NCBI GenBank assembly: GCA_900320285.1 | Contig: ONRQ01000021.1 | Span: 2,705 to 66,704, forward strand | From: an uncultured Eubacteriales bacterium | GTDB lineage: Bacteria > Bacillota > Clostridia > Peptostreptococcales > Anaerovoracaceae | DNA length: 64,000 bases | Reading direction: 5' to 3' | Part shown: piece after piece, positions 62,360-64,000 of the stretch | Position numbering within the stretch: position 1 is the first letter of the stretch | Layout: each line of letters opens with the position of its first letter | The notes under the pieces: model-generated | What the model saw: the letters and a program-made list of their open reading frames with translations, nothing else | Database searches by the model: none | What the model was told of the DNA's origin: nothing | Program-made: the position numbers and the translations under genes

Positions 62360-63148
62360 ATGAAACTACTGAGAGCCATAGCGGTCGCATTTGCGCAATA
62401 CTCGAGAATACCGGTGCCGCGCTTCGAGTGGAAAGAAGATGACATGCGTTACAGCATTGCCGCTTTTCCACTGGTCGGAGCAGTGATTGGCCTCGTGTTC
62501 TTTGGCGTGTTCAGATGCGCGGAACACTTTGCTCTGCCCGATACCGCAGCTGCACTCCTGCTGACCGCAGTACCACTCATCATAACCGGAGGCTTTCACG
62601 TCGATGGGTTCATGGATGTTGCTGATGCACTCAGCTCATATAAGACCAGAGAAGAAAAACTGGCTATTCTGAAGGACCCGCACATCGGAGCTTTTGCGGT
62701 CATAAGGCTGGCAATATGCGGCCTTATATACATCGCTTCGCTCATAATAGTGCTGGCATCGGATAGTGCACCGGGCCTCATATCAGGGATCGCAACAGGA
62801 TTCGTTCTTTCCAGATGCCTGAGCGCGCAGTCCGTCCTGAATTTCAGATCTGCAAAAAAAGAAGGCATGCTCTACTATGAAGCAACAGCAGCTGCCAAGG
62901 GTCGTAAAGTCAATATCACTATAGTTACGATTATCGCAGTAATAGCAGCATGGTTCATGGCGTTTTTTGCCTGGCCGGCAGGCTCGCTGCTGCTCTTCGC
63001 TGCGCTTTTGAGTTTTATATGGTACAAGCACATCAGCTATAAGCAATTCGGCGGCATAACCGGAGATACGGCAGGATATTTTGTCGTCATATGTGAGACT
63101 TCCATCGCTGCAGCCGCAGCTCTGGCATCAGTTGTATTACCGATATAA
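62360..63148 (+). CDS. cobS: Adenosylcobinamide-GDP ribazoletransferase (cobalamin synthase)
   Basis: Multi-TM protein with TGGFHVDGFMD and GGITGDTAG motifs. Confidence 0.9.
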   Translation: MKLLRAIAVAFAQYSRIPVPRFEWKEDDMRYSIAAFPLVGAVIGLVFFGVFRCAEHFALPDTAAALLLTAVPLIITGGFHVDGFMDVADALSSYKTREEKLAILKDPHIGAFAVIRLAICGLIYIASLIIVLASDSAPGLISGIATGFVLSRCLSAQSVLNFRSAKKEGMLYYEATAAAKGRKVNITIVTIIAVIAAWFMAFFAWPAGSLLLFAALLSFIWYKHISYKQFGGITGDTAGYFVVICETSIAAAAALASVVLPI

Positions 63149-63163
63149 AAGGCGGTGACCGGA

Positions 63164-63820
63164 ATGAAATGTTATCTTATCAGACACGGAATAACTGAAG
63201 GGAATAACGCGCTTCACTTCAATGGGAGCGGAACAGACGAGCCTCTGACAGAGGAAGGAAGGGAAGCTCTGAAAAAGATCGAAGGCGTGAAGCCTGGGTC
63301 GCTGCTTTTCGCAAGTCCAATGATAAGAGCCCGCGAGACTGCGGCTATAATGTTTCCGGATGCTAAACCTCTGATTATTGATGACCTAAGGGAGATGCAC
63401 TTTGGTATATTCGAGGGGAAAAACCACAGGATGCTTGACGGAGGCGCTGAATATCAGGCATGGCTTGACAGCGGCGGAGTGGATCCCATACCGGGAGGAG
63501 AAAGCATAGGGATCTTCCGCGAGAGAGCCTGGAAAGGCTTTAAGAAAGCGCTCAGAACAGCCGTAAACAAAGGAGTGGATACGATCTATCTGGTCGTTCA
63601 CGGAGGAACTATAATGGCTGTCATGAGTAGCCTGACAGGCAAAGACTATTTTGATTTCAACGCGCCAAACGGCGCAGGATATATTATCGAAGTGGAGACT
63701 GATGATGCAGGAAATGTCACTGCTGCAACTACATATGATCGCTTTTGCGGCGGGCTTCGTGCTGGATCTGATGGTTGGAGACCCCCACGGTATACCCCAT
63801 CCGATAGTATGGATAGGTAA
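63164..63820 (+). CDS. cobC: Alpha-ribazole phosphatase (histidine phosphatase family)
   Basis: LIRHGITEGN catalytic motif and VVHGG. Operon context fits. The last 86 nt overlap cbiB out of frame. Confidence 0.8.
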   Translation: MKCYLIRHGITEGNNALHFNGSGTDEPLTEEGREALKKIEGVKPGSLLFASPMIRARETAAIMFPDAKPLIIDDLREMHFGIFEGKNHRMLDGGAEYQAWLDSGGVDPIPGGESIGIFRERAWKGFKKALRTAVNKGVDTIYLVVHGGTIMAVMSSLTGKDYFDFNAPNGAGYIIEVETDDAGNVTAATTYDRFCGGLRAGSDGWRPPRYTPSDSMDR

Positions 63821-64000
63821 ACTGATAGCCAGGCTCGATGCTGCACTGCTCGGAGACATTCCGGCTGAGAAGGCTGATCCTGAAACAAGAGACAAGGCTG
63901 CCGAGCACAGAAAGGGACTCCTGCTGGTGCTCATAGTGATCACCGTGACAGCAGTTCTTACTGCGATTATCATGTACACCGCATATCGCATCTCACCGGT
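63735..64000 (+). CDS. cbiB: Adenosylcobinamide-phosphate synthase CbiB/CobD, 5' part (runs off window)
   Basis: My own translation: MIAFAAGFVLDLMVGDPHGIPHPIVWIGKLIARLD..., matching the conserved CbiB N-terminus (D..GDP...PHPV..iG). Not in the track because no stop falls within the window. Confidence 0.8.
   Translation, partial: MIAFAAGFVLDLMVGDPHGIPHPIVWIGKLIARLDAALLGDIPAEKADPETRDKAAEHRKGLLLVLIVITVTAVLTAIIMYTAYRISP

Noticed and set aside
1-64000. Search for mobile elements, prophage, tRNA/rRNA genes, CRISPR arrays and defence-island genes.
   Set aside because: I recognised no transposase, integrase or recombinase motifs, no terminal inverted repeats, no tRNA-like cloverleaf regions in intergenic gaps, and no repeat-spacer arrays. 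The only nuclease or helicase genes are the housekeeping addA and pcrA.

Overview
This 64-kb window looks like ordinary chromosomal DNA from a strictly anaerobic Firmicute, probably Clostridia. The gene content that suggests this is a SCIFF peptide with its radical-SAM maturase, addA, pcrA-ligA, a desulfoferrodoxin/flavodiiron pair, yicC-gmk-rpoZ and gpmI. I support about 60 protein genes, nearly all on the + strand. I saw no rRNA, tRNA, CRISPR array, transposase, integrase or phage gene. All identifications are by eye from motifs in the translated ORFs, since no database search was possible.

Layout:
- 1-9300: accessory-looking genes. These are a GH3 fragment, a TetR/MFS pair with twin operators, an HTH-desulfoferrodoxin fusion, a GNAT, a GT1 glycosyltransferase, and a 987-aa secreted protein with a 47-codon poly-Asn tract.
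- 9.5-26.7 kb: housekeeping, redox and metal genes. These include an SPFH protein, a LUD protein, a NifX-like::SlyD fusion, a ROK kinase, a thioesterase, dfx-fprA, a His-rich CsoR-like repressor, glsA, a LOG protein, a heterodimeric ABC exporter, a phosphohexomutase and two unknowns.
- 26.7-28.4 kb: the SCIFF precursor, which is too short for the ORF track, plus its maturase.
- 28.4-49.3 kb: core genes. These are rdgB, yihY, a lipid kinase, yicC, a DAACS transporter, gmk, rpoZ, gpmI, a frame-disrupted addA, a 5'-nucleotidase, gdhA, pcrA, ligA and mgtE.
- 49.3-64 kb: a corrinoid region. One operon encodes DUF2284, a CmuA-like methyltransferase::corrinoid fusion, a MetH-type homocysteine module and CbiK. 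A cobalamin riboswitch follows and gates a surface CbiK paralogue, an unknown tandem-domain lipoprotein, BtuFCD-like uptake genes, cobQ, cobT::cobU, cobS, cobC and cbiB.

The most interesting candidates are:
- the non-canonical corrinoid-to-homocysteine methyl-transfer operon;
- the riboswitch-controlled extracytoplasmic CbiK and lipoprotein pair;
- a five-cysteine SCIFF variant that lacks both residues of the crosslink described for this family.
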